This document shows, in pieces, positions 30,015 to 40,123 of a DNA stretch of 64,000 nucleotides (positions are counted from its first letter, which is position 1; each line of letters begins with the position of its first letter). A model generated the notes under the pieces. That model saw only the letters and a list, made by a program, of their open reading frames with translations, ran no database searches and was not told the DNA's origin. The stretch spans positions 124,001 to 188,000 of IMG/VR virus record IMGVR_UViG_3300021964_009390; one strand, given 5' to 3'. A program made the translations under genes and the position numbers.

Positions 30015-31283
30015 TTACCCAAATTTTTTATTAGGATCAAAATTGGCTTTACTAAACTCTAGTCTATCGACTAATTTCACTGCGTTACCTATATGATCAA
30101 CTGCGACAAAACCTTCCGGTTTAGTGACTTTGAAACTACCGTCTTCTTGCTCTATGAAGCTGTCCATTGCTCTTAAATTTGACAATTTGTTTACAAAGAT
30201 ATTTTTAATCTGCATCAATTTTAAATATAAATCGTACATCATCTGTATATTGGATGTGTTTTGCTCTAGAAAATGAACACCACGTTCCATAGCCTCACGC
30301 TTGCGTGTTTGTCCAGCTTCTGTTTTGAGTTTGTCTATTGCTGCAGTGGTTTTGTTGATATATCGCTCCATGAAACTGTTTGCAAATTTAACAGAATCTG
30401 CTTCGAATTCACCTTGAGTTTTTATCGCGCTGTTTATATGAGCTTTGAGTTCAACTTTTAAATCTGATATATGTTCTGTGTCATTTAAAAATTCAAACAC
30501 ATGTTTTATTTGCCAGAAATGATTCCTACATTCACGTATCTTTTCTGTTATGCTGGCTGACTCTTCTGGTGTCAAGTGTATCTGCCCACTCACATCTTTG
30601 AATGTTGCATCATCAAACCAAACGCTGCTATGCTCTGTGAGTCTGTTGGCTTTGAAACCAAATGTAGCTCCCATGTCATGTATTGTAGGACCACCGGTGT
30701 ACATGGTGTGAAACACAATACCCATGTCTGATTTCAATATTCGTTGGGCGAGCTCCGTGTCAGTTGGTACCGCATAAGAGATTGTGTTAGGTTTGAACAC
30801 TAGATGTTCCTTACCATCGATGGTGGCGCGCCTGATAGAATCTTTTGTATACAGCATGTCTCCTTGTAACACATAACCATCTATGTCGAGATGTTTCAAA
30901 CATTTAAACGCTGTTTTGAGTTTTTTTCTCAACATGCTTTTGTCTTGTTTCGAGTCACCACGCTTCACATCACCATGATTACGATTTATATCCGTGACAC
31001 GTTTGTTCATTTTGGGTATTTTTCCGAATACCGCTTTTGTACCTACGAAAAATCGTCCATCTGCTGGGTCAGTACCACAAAAAATTGCTGGTGCTCCATC
31101 CCATTTTGTTGTTATATCCACCGGATTGGTAGCATGACCTTTGAGTGTATCTAGTAGACCGGTGAACATAGAGAACGCTTGTTCTACACCGTTTTCACCT
31201 AGATTTATCAGTTCATCCTCGATGTGCTCTAGATGAGTGTTTTTACTCTCTACATGTAATACATACTCTTTGAATGTGAACAT
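30015..31283 (-). CDS. DUF6267-like protein with ATP-dependent ligase/capping nucleotidyltransferase motifs
   Basis: NTHLEHIED, KWDG (motif I), GDMLY (III), EGFV (IV), VKLVDR (V). Confidence 0.75.
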   Translation of the reverse strand: MFTFKEYVLHVESKNTHLEHIEDELINLGENGVEQAFSMFTGLLDTLKGHATNPVDITTKWDGAPAIFCGTDPADGRFFVGTKAVFGKIPKMNKRVTDINRNHGDVKRGDSKQDKSMLRKKLKTAFKCLKHLDIDGYVLQGDMLYTKDSIRRATIDGKEHLVFKPNTISYAVPTDTELAQRILKSDMGIVFHTMYTGGPTIHDMGATFGFKANRLTEHSSVWFDDATFKDVSGQIHLTPEESASITEKIRECRNHFWQIKHVFEFLNDTEHISDLKVELKAHINSAIKTQGEFEADSVKFANSFMERYINKTTAAIDKLKTEAGQTRKREAMERGVHFLEQNTSNIQMMYDLYLKLMQIKNIFVNKLSNLRAMDSFIEQEDGSFKVTKPEGFVAVDHIGNAVKLVDRLEFSKANFDPNKKFG

Positions 31284-31291
31284 AACATTAT

Positions 31292-32809
31292 TTATGCTCT
31301 CACACCAATACCAATACCTTTGTTACGTGAATCAACACCGGCATTCTGCACCACAATGTCTGGATTGTTCACAAGTTGCCTGTATACAGACAGCAATTGT
31401 TGACCGGCATCGTTGCTAGGGTCAAATTTGATGTTACTCGCGTTCATTGTAGTTGGGTTCAATACTAGTATTCTATCAAATTTATCAACTGATTGATAGG
31501 AAGTCGCTTGCAAAGCAGCTTGCAAGGTTTGTAATGTGTGTTGACCTAGTGATTTCCCGCGACTCACTTGCTTGCTTATGTTGGTGAGTTGATCTTTAAA
31601 CTCGACTTTGCGAAATATTTTCTCGAGCGCGGAAATTAATGAAGCTACAGAACCCGGGTCCATTTCCTCTGTTCTCATCTCTACAAATATCTCGGCTAGC
31701 TCCCGAGGTGTCATGCCCCAGTCATGATTGAACATGTACTGCGCGCTGTCTTGCCAGTTGTAATCCATACTGTCTGTGCTCAATCCGCTCAGCCTGTCTA
31801 GTCGATTGAATATATAGCTCATGTTTTTTACAAACGTCATTTTAGGTTGTAATGGGACCCCTTCTCCAAGTTTGTCATACCCTATCTGTAAATTGTTTTT
31901 TATTATGTCAATATTGATAGTACGTTTTGCATCTTGTAAGGATTCTAGATTTTTCAACAGCTGCTCGATTGGTCCGTTGAGTTCTAGAGTGTCTTCAGTC
32001 GGATTTTTTAGAAATTTGTTCTTGAACGTGTTTACATTTTTCAATGTCTCTTTCGCTTTAATTGACAGTTCTTTACGTATGATTGGTGTTTCTGCTTGTG
32101 AGAAGTGCTGACCGGTACCTCGGTTCACCAGCGTGTTGATATACTTGCTACCACCATCTCTACCGATGCCTTTGGTGTAATCGCTCTTACCTAGGCGACC
32201 ACCGGCTCCTTTTATCTCCAGTTCCATATCACCAATTCTTAGATCACCTACAGCACCTTTGACTGCGTTAGTGAACATGGTTAGACTAACTTCACCCGGA
32301 CCTACACTCACGGTGTTTATTTTGGGTTGTACTTTGAAGGTGAGTTCCTTGAACAATTGTTTGAAATTTTTAGTCAACTTGTGTGCCAGCGGGTCCACAG
32401 CATCATACAGGCTCCACACACCGGGTTTGTTCACATGTGACTCTAGTTTACCTAAAGAGCTTCCAGGGTTCTTTTTCTTCTCCACAAGCTTGTTCAACAC
32501 TTGTACATCAATGTCATATCCTAGAAATATCTCCAGTACCAACGTGTCGATCTCTGGTATCTCTTCCCATTGACCAAGTCGGAGCAACTGTTTCACTAGA
32601 TTTTCAACCCCACCATCAGCTTTGCTCAACACCAAACGTTTCAATTGCTGATAATAATCATCAGGTATGGCTCCTAGTTGCTCTTGAGTACCACCTTGAG
32701 GTACTCCGATTATTTCCACACTCTCGTTGACAGGTGTACGTGATTCTGCATACACATCTTTCAACGACTTGTATTTAAAAGGTTTCTTCGATGGTGGTAG
32801 ATAGTTCAT
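31292..32809 (-). CDS. PD-(D/E)xK nuclease-like late protein
   Basis: VGPGEVSL...GDLRIGDMELEIKG..GRL restriction-endonuclease-like motif. Confidence 0.55.
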   Translation of the reverse strand: MNYLPPSKKPFKYKSLKDVYAESRTPVNESVEIIGVPQGGTQEQLGAIPDDYYQQLKRLVLSKADGGVENLVKQLLRLGQWEEIPEIDTLVLEIFLGYDIDVQVLNKLVEKKKNPGSSLGKLESHVNKPGVWSLYDAVDPLAHKLTKNFKQLFKELTFKVQPKINTVSVGPGEVSLTMFTNAVKGAVGDLRIGDMELEIKGAGGRLGKSDYTKGIGRDGGSKYINTLVNRGTGQHFSQAETPIIRKELSIKAKETLKNVNTFKNKFLKNPTEDTLELNGPIEQLLKNLESLQDAKRTINIDIIKNNLQIGYDKLGEGVPLQPKMTFVKNMSYIFNRLDRLSGLSTDSMDYNWQDSAQYMFNHDWGMTPRELAEIFVEMRTEEMDPGSVASLISALEKIFRKVEFKDQLTNISKQVSRGKSLGQHTLQTLQAALQATSYQSVDKFDRILVLNPTTMNASNIKFDPSNDAGQQLLSVYRQLVNNPDIVVQNAGVDSRNKGIGIGVRA

Positions 32810-33282
32810 GTGTTTATATTAACATCACTATATTTTTTCATCAACTGTATAAATTTATTCAACATGCCTTTGCGGTTGTTCTCGTTGATTGAATTCATGG
32901 CATCATGCACACTCTCGATACGATCCTCGTTATCACCACGGGTCTGTTGATTGTTGATGATGCTCAAGATGTCCTGTTTGACTTGCTCTGCATTTTCTTG
33001 ATTTATCTCCGGTTGGTCTATCTTGCTCAAGGTGCTCAAGTCAGAATCTTCGATATTTATGACCAGAGCTTTGAGCAACAAGCGTACCAGTGTAACTTCT
33101 GCTGCTGGTGACAGATTGGCTGGTGGGCTAGCGTCTGGTTGTTCCCCAGCGCCTGGCGCTGGACTAGGAGGTGGTGCTCCCGGGGCTGGTGCTGGTGCAG
33201 CAGCTTCCGGTGGTGGTGCGCCTGCTTCTGGTTGCTCACTAATTCCAACTAGTTCGTTGATCAACGAGTTGAAATTTTTCAT
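32806..33282 (-). CDS. hypothetical late protein, Pro/Ala-rich
   Basis: MKNFNSLINE N-terminus. Confidence 0.7.
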   Translation of the reverse strand: MKNFNSLINELVGISEQPEAGAPPPEAAAPAPAPGAPPPSPAPGAGEQPDASPPANLSPAAEVTLVRLLLKALVINIEDSDLSTLSKIDQPEINQENAEQVKQDILSIINNQQTRGDNEDRIESVHDAMNSINENNRKGMLNKFIQLMKKYSDVNINT

Positions 33283-33551
33283 CAAGCTCCCATTTGTTTG
33301 GCTTTGTCTCTGCTGCTTTGAGCAGTAGATTGTGCTTTTTGAGTACGAGCACCGGCAAGTTCTTGACGTGCAGACTGAGCGTCAGTTTCCGCGTCATGAG
33401 CGGTGTCCTCAGCTTTGTCAGTTTGTTGTTTAGCTGCTTGGATCTCTTTCTCTTGATCAGCATTATCTTTCTCAGTCTCGTCTTCTTCCGCCTCGAGGGC
33501 GATGCCAAGTCGGTTGTATTGATCTTCTATGATTTGTTCGAAACGTTTCAT
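33282..33551 (-). CDS. small acidic coiled-coil late protein
   Basis: MKRFEQIIE; TAAATA 5 nt upstream. Confidence 0.7.
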   Translation of the reverse strand: MKRFEQIIEDQYNRLGIALEAEEDETEKDNADQEKEIQAAKQQTDKAEDTAHDAETDAQSARQELAGARTQKAQSTAQSSRDKAKQMGA

Positions 33552-33582
33552 GATATTATTTATGTTATGATGTTGTATTTAT

Positions 33583-34137
33583 CTAGATTAACACTTGTTT
33601 GAGTCGTTGATTGTCGAAGAAATCTCTTGACAACCCGGTCAACCCATGTTTTTCAACATGCTTCTTCATTTTATATAAATTGTATGTTTGATCGTTATGT
33701 ATCTCGCTCAACAACTCGATTGTTTCACCGTCTCTACTGTTCACAAGATTTTTAAACTGGTCAAAATCTACACACGACACGTGATATTTGATACCGATTG
33801 CTGATTTCATGAACTTGAACAGACTGATCATAAATTCACTCAACGGTTGTTTAGTGTAATATTGACTCAATTCAATTTGATTTAATTTAGATCTATCGAT
33901 GTACATGACTGGTCGTTCATGAGATGCTTTAAAAGATAGAATAAAATCACACACACTACTGAATATATGATGCGATGTAGCTACATGAACATCGTTTTGA
34001 AATTTATCCGCGTCGATCGGACTAATACCGTGATCGTACAGCTCATCGACGATGTCAATCGAACGATCCGTACAGAAGTAACTAGTATAATCGATTATAT
34101 TTATATTAAACCGGTCAACGACGGTATTTCTCAGCAT
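33583..34137 (-). CDS. hypothetical protein
   Basis: Likely start MLRNTVV at 34137, below TTGCAA-16-TATAAT (34147-34174). Confidence 0.6.
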   Translation of the reverse strand: MLRNTVVDRFNINIIDYTSYFCTDRSIDIVDELYDHGISPIDADKFQNDVHVATSHHIFSSVCDFILSFKASHERPVMYIDRSKLNQIELSQYYTKQPLSEFMISLFKFMKSAIGIKYHVSCVDFDQFKNLVNSRDGETIELLSEIHNDQTYNLYKMKKHVEKHGLTGLSRDFFDNQRLKQVLI

Positions 34138-34147
34138 GGCTTTTATA

Positions 34148-34648
34148 TTATAACGGATCTTTGCACAGTTGCAATAGTTTTTTTGTATTATTTTTAAAAA
34201 AACTGTGGAACTCACATATAATGTACTTCTCTTTGTATATAAAAAACGAGTCTGGTATGGTGTATTCCTCGAAAAACTCTTGTGAAAACACGACACACGT
34301 ACCACAGTAACTGATTTTGAAAGTCAAAAACCATATTTTGTTTGTGTCTTGTGCTTGTTCAATCCACGAATTGAGTTGCTTGTTGTCCGTGAACAGTTGA
34401 AACCATGAGAATTTCTTGTATGATTTACATTCTATCTTCATACCGAACAGCTCCTCTGGAACTATCAAATCACCCTCGGTGAGTAACTGTTGGGTTTTAG
34501 ATAAACGGTTTAGACGTGACGAATTCTTACCCCCAACAAAAGCACCACTATTAGGTACTCTTTCAAAATTTAATTTAAAATAATCGGAAAGATACTTAGC
34601 AACTTCACGTTCACCTCGATTACCTTTTCCTTTACTTTTACTGGGCAT
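34148..34648 (-). CDS. Holliday junction resolvase, Hjc-like PD-(D/E)xK
   Basis: KGNRGERE, RVPNSGA, GDL, IECK. Confidence 0.8.
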   Translation of the reverse strand: MPSKSKGKGNRGEREVAKYLSDYFKLNFERVPNSGAFVGGKNSSRLNRLSKTQQLLTEGDLIVPEELFGMKIECKSYKKFSWFQLFTDNKQLNSWIEQAQDTNKIWFLTFKISYCGTCVVFSQEFFEEYTIPDSFFIYKEKYIICEFHSFFKNNTKKLLQLCKDPL

Positions 34649-34656
34649 TCATTTAT

Positions 34657-34881
34657 TTACAGTACATTTTTAAGATTTCTACGCAATATGGTCAATTGCT
34701 CCCTTTTAACCTTACGTTTACTACGTTTTTTACGCTTAGTTACAGGTTTAAAACCAATAAAAGTAGGTATTCTCGCATCACCATCAGCATAACCACCACC
34801 AACATCACCAAATACACCCCCTGCACCGGCTACATTATCTTCATTGATAGTTTTAACGAAATAACTTTTAAATAGATTCAT
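34657..34881 (-). CDS. small basic late protein, CTS-like N-terminus
   Basis: MNLFKSYFVKTINE, YADGDARIP, basic tail. Confidence 0.65.
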   Translation of the reverse strand: MNLFKSYFVKTINEDNVAGAGGVFGDVGGGYADGDARIPTFIGFKPVTKRKKRSKRKVKREQLTILRRNLKNVL

Positions 34882-34917
34882 GGATTATGTGTGTAAAGTA
34901 TACTATAATAAGTATTT

Positions 34918-35313
34918 ATGGATGTAATAGAGCAATATATACTAGAACTTGAAAAAGATGTTAAGTTGGACCAGTTCAACATACGGGATTGCCAAATGAA
35001 ACTACCGGCATACAAGCATAAATGGGTAGGTCGTCTGATGAGACACAAGCACGAAGTAGTAAAACTAAACCAAAAGAAACAATCTCTTAAAAAAACAGTC
35101 GTGAACAAGATACAAAGCGCTAGTACATACAAGGTATCAAAACCAGCTGCAGAAAAAGCGGCTAGTACACATGATAGTATAGTGGATATAACCAATAAGA
35201 TAGATGAACTCAACGTAATCATTGAATTTTTAGAAAAATCCGAGCGGATACTGAGCAGCATGACGTTTGATATAAAAAACCTTGTAGAAATCATGAAACT
35301 AGAAACAACATGA
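34918..35313 (+). CDS. uvsY: recombination mediator UvsY
   Basis: LEKD.K.D...HKW...FDIKN.VE..K; precedes uvsW. Confidence 0.75.
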   Translation: MDVIEQYILELEKDVKLDQFNIRDCQMKLPAYKHKWVGRLMRHKHEVVKLNQKKQSLKKTVVNKIQSASTYKVSKPAAEKAASTHDSIVDITNKIDELNVIIEFLEKSERILSSMTFDIKNLVEIMKLETT

Positions 35314-36770
35314 ACAAGTTGGTACAGCTGAGTTGGGATAATACTAAAAATGTTGCTATTATCAAGTGTGATCCAGATCTATTTGGTCACATCAGAGAAC
35401 AATTCAGTATACCGAACAAGCAATACAGATTTCAGCGTCGTTTCTCCCGATACACCCCTAAGAGGTTGTATGCTATCACACCAACTGGTCGCTTTTTACC
35501 TGGAATATTTTATGAAATAAAGAAATTTATAAATGATACATACAACAACATATCATTTGGTTATAGTAATGTGTTTTTAAACAACATAAAACCCCGATAT
35601 TTTATAGATGATCTAGCCAGTTTACGATTAGATTTAAGAGACTATCAACAAAATATAGTAAAAAAATGCCTGCAAATAGGTAGAGGTGTAGTAGTACTAG
35701 CCACTGCCGGTGGTAAAACCCTCACAACAGCATGCTTGGTAGAGTCTATATATAAAAAATGTGAAAAAACTAACGATTTTAAATGTTTAGTGATAGTACC
35801 CACTCTAAATCTAGTACATCAAACACATTCAGATTTTGAAGACTACAATGTATCATTCACAACATGTAAATGGACCGGTGATGAACCGTTAGACCCGACA
35901 TCCAATGTGATTGTAGCCAATGTAGGTATCTTACAAAGCTCAAAAACAGATATTGACTGGATAAAATACATAGATCTATTAGTCGTTGATGAAGTACACA
36001 TGCTAAGAAAAGGTAATAAAATAAACAAACTTGTGTCAAGTATCATAACCCCTAACAAATACGGTCTGACTGGTACTTTACCAGAATGTAAGTTAGATCA
36101 ATGGAATATATACGGCTTGATAGGACCTAAATTATACGAGAAATCGAGCAAAGATTTGAGAGATCAAGAATTTATAGGTAATGTACAGGCACAAGTACTC
36201 AAATTATCTTACAACCAATCACCGGAGCATTGCACCAACCCTAATGATAGATACAGAAAAGAAGTAGAATTTTTAACAAAAAATACATACAGAAATAAAC
36301 TAATTGCACGACTATGTAAGAATTTTAAAAACAATTGTTTAATAATGGTAGATTATATAGAACATGGTCAGTTAATCCATGACAACATAATAGAACAAAA
36401 CCCAGACAAACAAGTATATTATATAAAAGGAGATGTAGAGATTGAAGAGCGAGAGAAGATAAGACAGTTGATGGAACAACATGATGATATAGCTATTGTA
36501 GCAATATCAAAAATATTCTCCACTGGAATCAATATTAAAAATTTACACTATATTGTTTTTGCTGGTGGTGGTAAAGCTAAAATAAAAATAATACAAAGTA
36601 TAGGAAGAGGTTTAAGATTGCATAATGGTAAGAAAGATCTTATAATAGTAGATATTATGGACCAACTAACATATGGGATCAAACATGGGCAAAAAAGACT
36701 CACTTTATATGACGATGAAAAAATCAAATACAACATCAAAACCGTTGAAGAAACGAAAACGAGCGAGTAG
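35310..36770 (+). CDS. uvsW: UvsW DNA/RNA helicase
   Basis: LRDYQ, ATAGGKT, DEVH, GLTGT, FSTGINIKNLH, QSIGRGLR. Confidence 0.92.
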   Translation: MNKLVQLSWDNTKNVAIIKCDPDLFGHIREQFSIPNKQYRFQRRFSRYTPKRLYAITPTGRFLPGIFYEIKKFINDTYNNISFGYSNVFLNNIKPRYFIDDLASLRLDLRDYQQNIVKKCLQIGRGVVVLATAGGKTLTTACLVESIYKKCEKTNDFKCLVIVPTLNLVHQTHSDFEDYNVSFTTCKWTGDEPLDPTSNVIVANVGILQSSKTDIDWIKYIDLLVVDEVHMLRKGNKINKLVSSIITPNKYGLTGTLPECKLDQWNIYGLIGPKLYEKSSKDLRDQEFIGNVQAQVLKLSYNQSPEHCTNPNDRYRKEVEFLTKNTYRNKLIARLCKNFKNNCLIMVDYIEHGQLIHDNIIEQNPDKQVYYIKGDVEIEEREKIRQLMEQHDDIAIVAISKIFSTGINIKNLHYIVFAGGGKAKIKIIQSIGRGLRLHNGKKDLIIVDIMDQLTYGIKHGQKRLTLYDDEKIKYNIKTVEETKTSE

Positions 36771-37188
36771 AAAAGACACAAACACTTACGTAAACCAGAA
36801 AGAGTTTATGGAAGCCCTCCGTGTGTATTACGATACTGATGAAATTAGCACCGAACTCGCTACATACGTTAAGAAAATTGCTGAAGGGCTATCATATGCA
36901 CCAAATTTTATAAATTATACTTATAAAGACGAGATGGTTGGTGACGCTATACTCAAAATGATGCAGGCACTAGAGTATAAAAAATTTGACTTAGAGAACA
37001 GAGACAATCCTTTTGGTTATTTTACAACAATCGCGTTTCATGCTTTTATTAATCGAATTAAAAAAGAAAAAAAGCAACGCGAAACAATTAATGATTACCA
37101 GGAACAAGTGTATCAAGAGTTGATGAATGACGGTTCATCAGCGACAGGTGCGCATGTATACATAGCTGATAGTACAGACGACGAATAA
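36709..37188 (+). CDS. gp55: late transcription sigma factor gp55
   Basis: YVN.KEF, IAEGLS..PNFINYTYKDEMVGDA, NPFGYFTTIAFHAF..RIKKEKK; exact start uncertain (36709 or 36715). Confidence 0.92.
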   Translation: MTMKKSNTTSKPLKKRKRASRKDTNTYVNQKEFMEALRVYYDTDEISTELATYVKKIAEGLSYAPNFINYTYKDEMVGDAILKMMQALEYKKFDLENRDNPFGYFTTIAFHAFINRIKKEKKQRETINDYQEQVYQELMNDGSSATGAHVYIADSTDDE

Positions 37189-37204
37189 TCTTGATTGTAT
37201 ATTG

Positions 37205-38266
37205 ATGAATTTAAACAACTTTCAGTTTAAACATCATGAAGTATGTTGTATATCTGATATCCATATTGGAGTGCATCAGAATAGTCAGATGTGGTTGGAT
37301 ATATGTGATGAATGGGGAGATTGGTTACTAGATGAACTGAAATCTAAAAATATAAAAGATATAATCATATGTGGTGATTTATTTCACTATAGAGATGAGA
37401 TTGCTGTAAACACCATACACCACGTGACGGACTTTTTACATAAGTTTAATGAATTTAATATAATAATGTTGGTGGGTAACCATGATGCATACTACAAGGA
37501 TCGTTCAGATGTTAACAGTATGAGTATATTGTCCGGGTGGAACAATATATGTGTGGTTGATAAGGATATATATGTACATGAGCATGGTTCTAACCGTCTG
37601 GCTTTTGCCCCATGGGGCGTTACCGCGGATCAAATTCCGAACTGTGATATATTGTTCGGTCATTTTGAAATTGAGAACTTTAACTTGTCTCAACACTTTG
37701 TATGTAAGCATGGTATAAAATCGAAAAGTCTTCTGGATAAAACAGATCTAGTGATAACCGGACATTTTCATACCAGAGAACAACGAGAGTATAGGAATGG
37801 GCAAATTGTATATCTAGGTAATCCGTATCAAATGGATTTTGGTGATTCTGGACAGACTAAAGGTTACTATATACTAGATATTAATAATAAAAAGTACAAT
37901 TTCTGTGAAAATAAAATATCCCCTACACATGAAAAAATAACATTAAGCGGTCTAGTAGAGCATGGAGATATTGACAATCATATTATAAATAAAATATCAA
38001 ACAACATAGTACGTTTTGTTGTAGATAAGAACATATCACCTGATGAGATAGAACAGCTGTTAAGAATTTTAAGTTCATACAAGCCATTGATTCTCACTAC
38101 AGATTACAACATAAATTTTGATAGATTTGGTTTATCTGACGAAGATACCGATTTAAGCGGAGTTAGCATAGAATCTGCAATAGATGAATTTGTAAATTTA
38201 TTAGATATAAACAATAAAGAAAAAATAATACAATATACAACAAATTTATACAATCGTTGTAAATGA
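37205..38266 (+). CDS. gp47: recombination endonuclease gp47 (Mre11/SbcD)
   Basis: SDIHIG, GDLF, GNHD, GHFH. Confidence 0.92.
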   Translation: MNLNNFQFKHHEVCCISDIHIGVHQNSQMWLDICDEWGDWLLDELKSKNIKDIIICGDLFHYRDEIAVNTIHHVTDFLHKFNEFNIIMLVGNHDAYYKDRSDVNSMSILSGWNNICVVDKDIYVHEHGSNRLAFAPWGVTADQIPNCDILFGHFEIENFNLSQHFVCKHGIKSKSLLDKTDLVITGHFHTREQREYRNGQIVYLGNPYQMDFGDSGQTKGYYILDINNKKYNFCENKISPTHEKITLSGLVEHGDIDNHIINKISNNIVRFVVDKNISPDEIEQLLRILSSYKPLILTTDYNINFDRFGLSDEDTDLSGVSIESAIDEFVNLLDINNKEKIIQYTTNLYNRCK

Positions 38267-38283
38267 ACTAGATAATATTTGAT

Positions 38284-40122
38284 ATGAAACATATACAGTT
38301 TAGAAAATTATCAATCAAAAATTTTTTATCGGTCGGAGATACACCAGTAGAAATAGACTTCCGGCCAGGTCTGCATATCATAACAGGTATAAATAAAGAC
38401 AAGGTTGACCGCCGCAATGGTGTGGGTAAAAGTACTATCGCCGATGCTTTATATTTTGCACTGTATGGTAGTACATTGAGGGAGTTAAAAAAAGAGTTTA
38501 TATGTAATAATATATCCCCTGGTAGATGTGAAGTATCGTTGTCAATAGAGATACAAGACAAGCAAAAAAGTACAGAATATAGAATAACTAGACTATTAAA
38601 TCCAACCAAGTGTTATATCTACAAGGATGGCGAAGACTGTACTCGAGACACAATATTACATACAACAGACTTTATCAACAACCTCATAAACACTTCTGAG
38701 GATGTGTTTCAAAACTGTATATTAATGACAGTAAACAACACAATACCTTTCATGGCAAAGAAACGCATAGATAAGCGAAAATTTATAGAAGGTATATTAA
38801 ATTTAGAAGTTTTTAGCGGTATGATAACCATGTTGAGAAATGAATATAACGAAAAGCGCCGTGAATTAGAAACTGAATGTACCGTGTTTGATGAAGTTCA
38901 AAACTCTCTTAAAAATTATAATGAACAAAAAAACTTACATGACAATAGCAAGTATGAAAAACTTAAAAAGTATAAGACAAGACAACAGGACAACATAGCA
39001 GAGTTACGAGATATAGAAAGTAAAATTAAAAATACAAAACTGCTAGACTCGACAGAATATATAACTAAATCAGACATTCTAGAAAAAAGGCTAGCGGCAT
39101 GCAAGAGTAAGACATCTAAAATAAACACTGAAATTATAGAGAAAAAAACAAACATCAATATATCATTAAAACAGCTAGAAACTCTGTCTGGTGTGAAATC
39201 AGAACCAATATGTCCTACATGCTTGAGAAAAATAGATCATGACGACATAACACATATTGAACAAGAAAAAATAAATATAAAACAAAACATAAAAACATAT
39301 AAACAAGCGGTAGATGATAGTACATGTGAGTATAATGATTTAATAAACGTAAAAACTGAACTTGAAGACCGGATAGACAAAAATAACGATTCCATATCAC
39401 AAGCTAAACTAGTCGAACAACAACTAGAGAGTTACAACACTCGTAAAGAACAACTGAACAACTGGCAGACTGAGTTGAAACAAGACATACAAGAATTGAA
39501 CAACCAATCCAATCAATTCGATACTTTAATAAAAGATACCGAGTCTAGAATAACTTCAATTAAAGATAACATTAATAATATAAAAGAAAATATAAAAGAT
39601 TTAGATGTTGTGAAGTTTGTTGTATCGGAGGAAGGGGTAAAATCATACATTGTAAAAAAGATATTGCAGTTGTTGAACAATAAACTATCATATTACTTGA
39701 AAAAAATGGATAGTAATTGTGTTTTATTTTTCAATGAGTATTTTGAAGAACAAATCGTAGATGACAAAGGCAAAATATGTAGCTACTTCAATTTTAGTGG
39801 AGCTGAACGAAAAAATATAGATCTCGCATGCTTATTCACATTTATGGATATACGGAGACTGCAAGGAGATGTAGCATTCAACGTGAGTGTATATGACGAA
39901 CTGTTTGATAGTAGCTTGGACGAGAAGGGTGTTGACCTTGTCATACAAATATTAAAAGAGAGACTAGAAAAATATAATGAATGTATGTATGTAATATCTC
40001 ATCGAAAGGAAAGTGTTAATTTCACCACACAAGCCGAAATAAGAGATGGTGATATAATTTTCCTCAAAAAAGAGAACGGTATAACCACGAGGGTACCATT
40101 CACAAGAGACAAGTCTAACTAA
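38284..40122 (+). CDS. gp46: recombination ATPase gp46 (Rad50/SbcC)
   Basis: KNFLSVG, NGVGKST, CPTC hook, FSGAE, DELFDSSLD, ISH. Confidence 0.93.
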   Translation: MKHIQFRKLSIKNFLSVGDTPVEIDFRPGLHIITGINKDKVDRRNGVGKSTIADALYFALYGSTLRELKKEFICNNISPGRCEVSLSIEIQDKQKSTEYRITRLLNPTKCYIYKDGEDCTRDTILHTTDFINNLINTSEDVFQNCILMTVNNTIPFMAKKRIDKRKFIEGILNLEVFSGMITMLRNEYNEKRRELETECTVFDEVQNSLKNYNEQKNLHDNSKYEKLKKYKTRQQDNIAELRDIESKIKNTKLLDSTEYITKSDILEKRLAACKSKTSKINTEIIEKKTNINISLKQLETLSGVKSEPICPTCLRKIDHDDITHIEQEKINIKQNIKTYKQAVDDSTCEYNDLINVKTELEDRIDKNNDSISQAKLVEQQLESYNTRKEQLNNWQTELKQDIQELNNQSNQFDTLIKDTESRITSIKDNINNIKENIKDLDVVKFVVSEEGVKSYIVKKILQLLNNKLSYYLKKMDSNCVLFFNEYFEEQIVDDKGKICSYFNFSGAERKNIDLACLFTFMDIRRLQGDVAFNVSVYDELFDSSLDEKGVDLVIQILKERLEKYNECMYVISHRKESVNFTTQAEIRDGDIIFLKKENGITTRVPFTRDKSN

Positions 40123-40123
40123 A

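Noticed and set aside
33583-34305. Long N-terminal extensions in the ORF track (also starts 1507, 16599, 22542, 23894, 26197, 41262, 44189)
   Set aside because: They overlap neighbouring genes or promoters; downstream starts fit promoter spacing or gene coupling better
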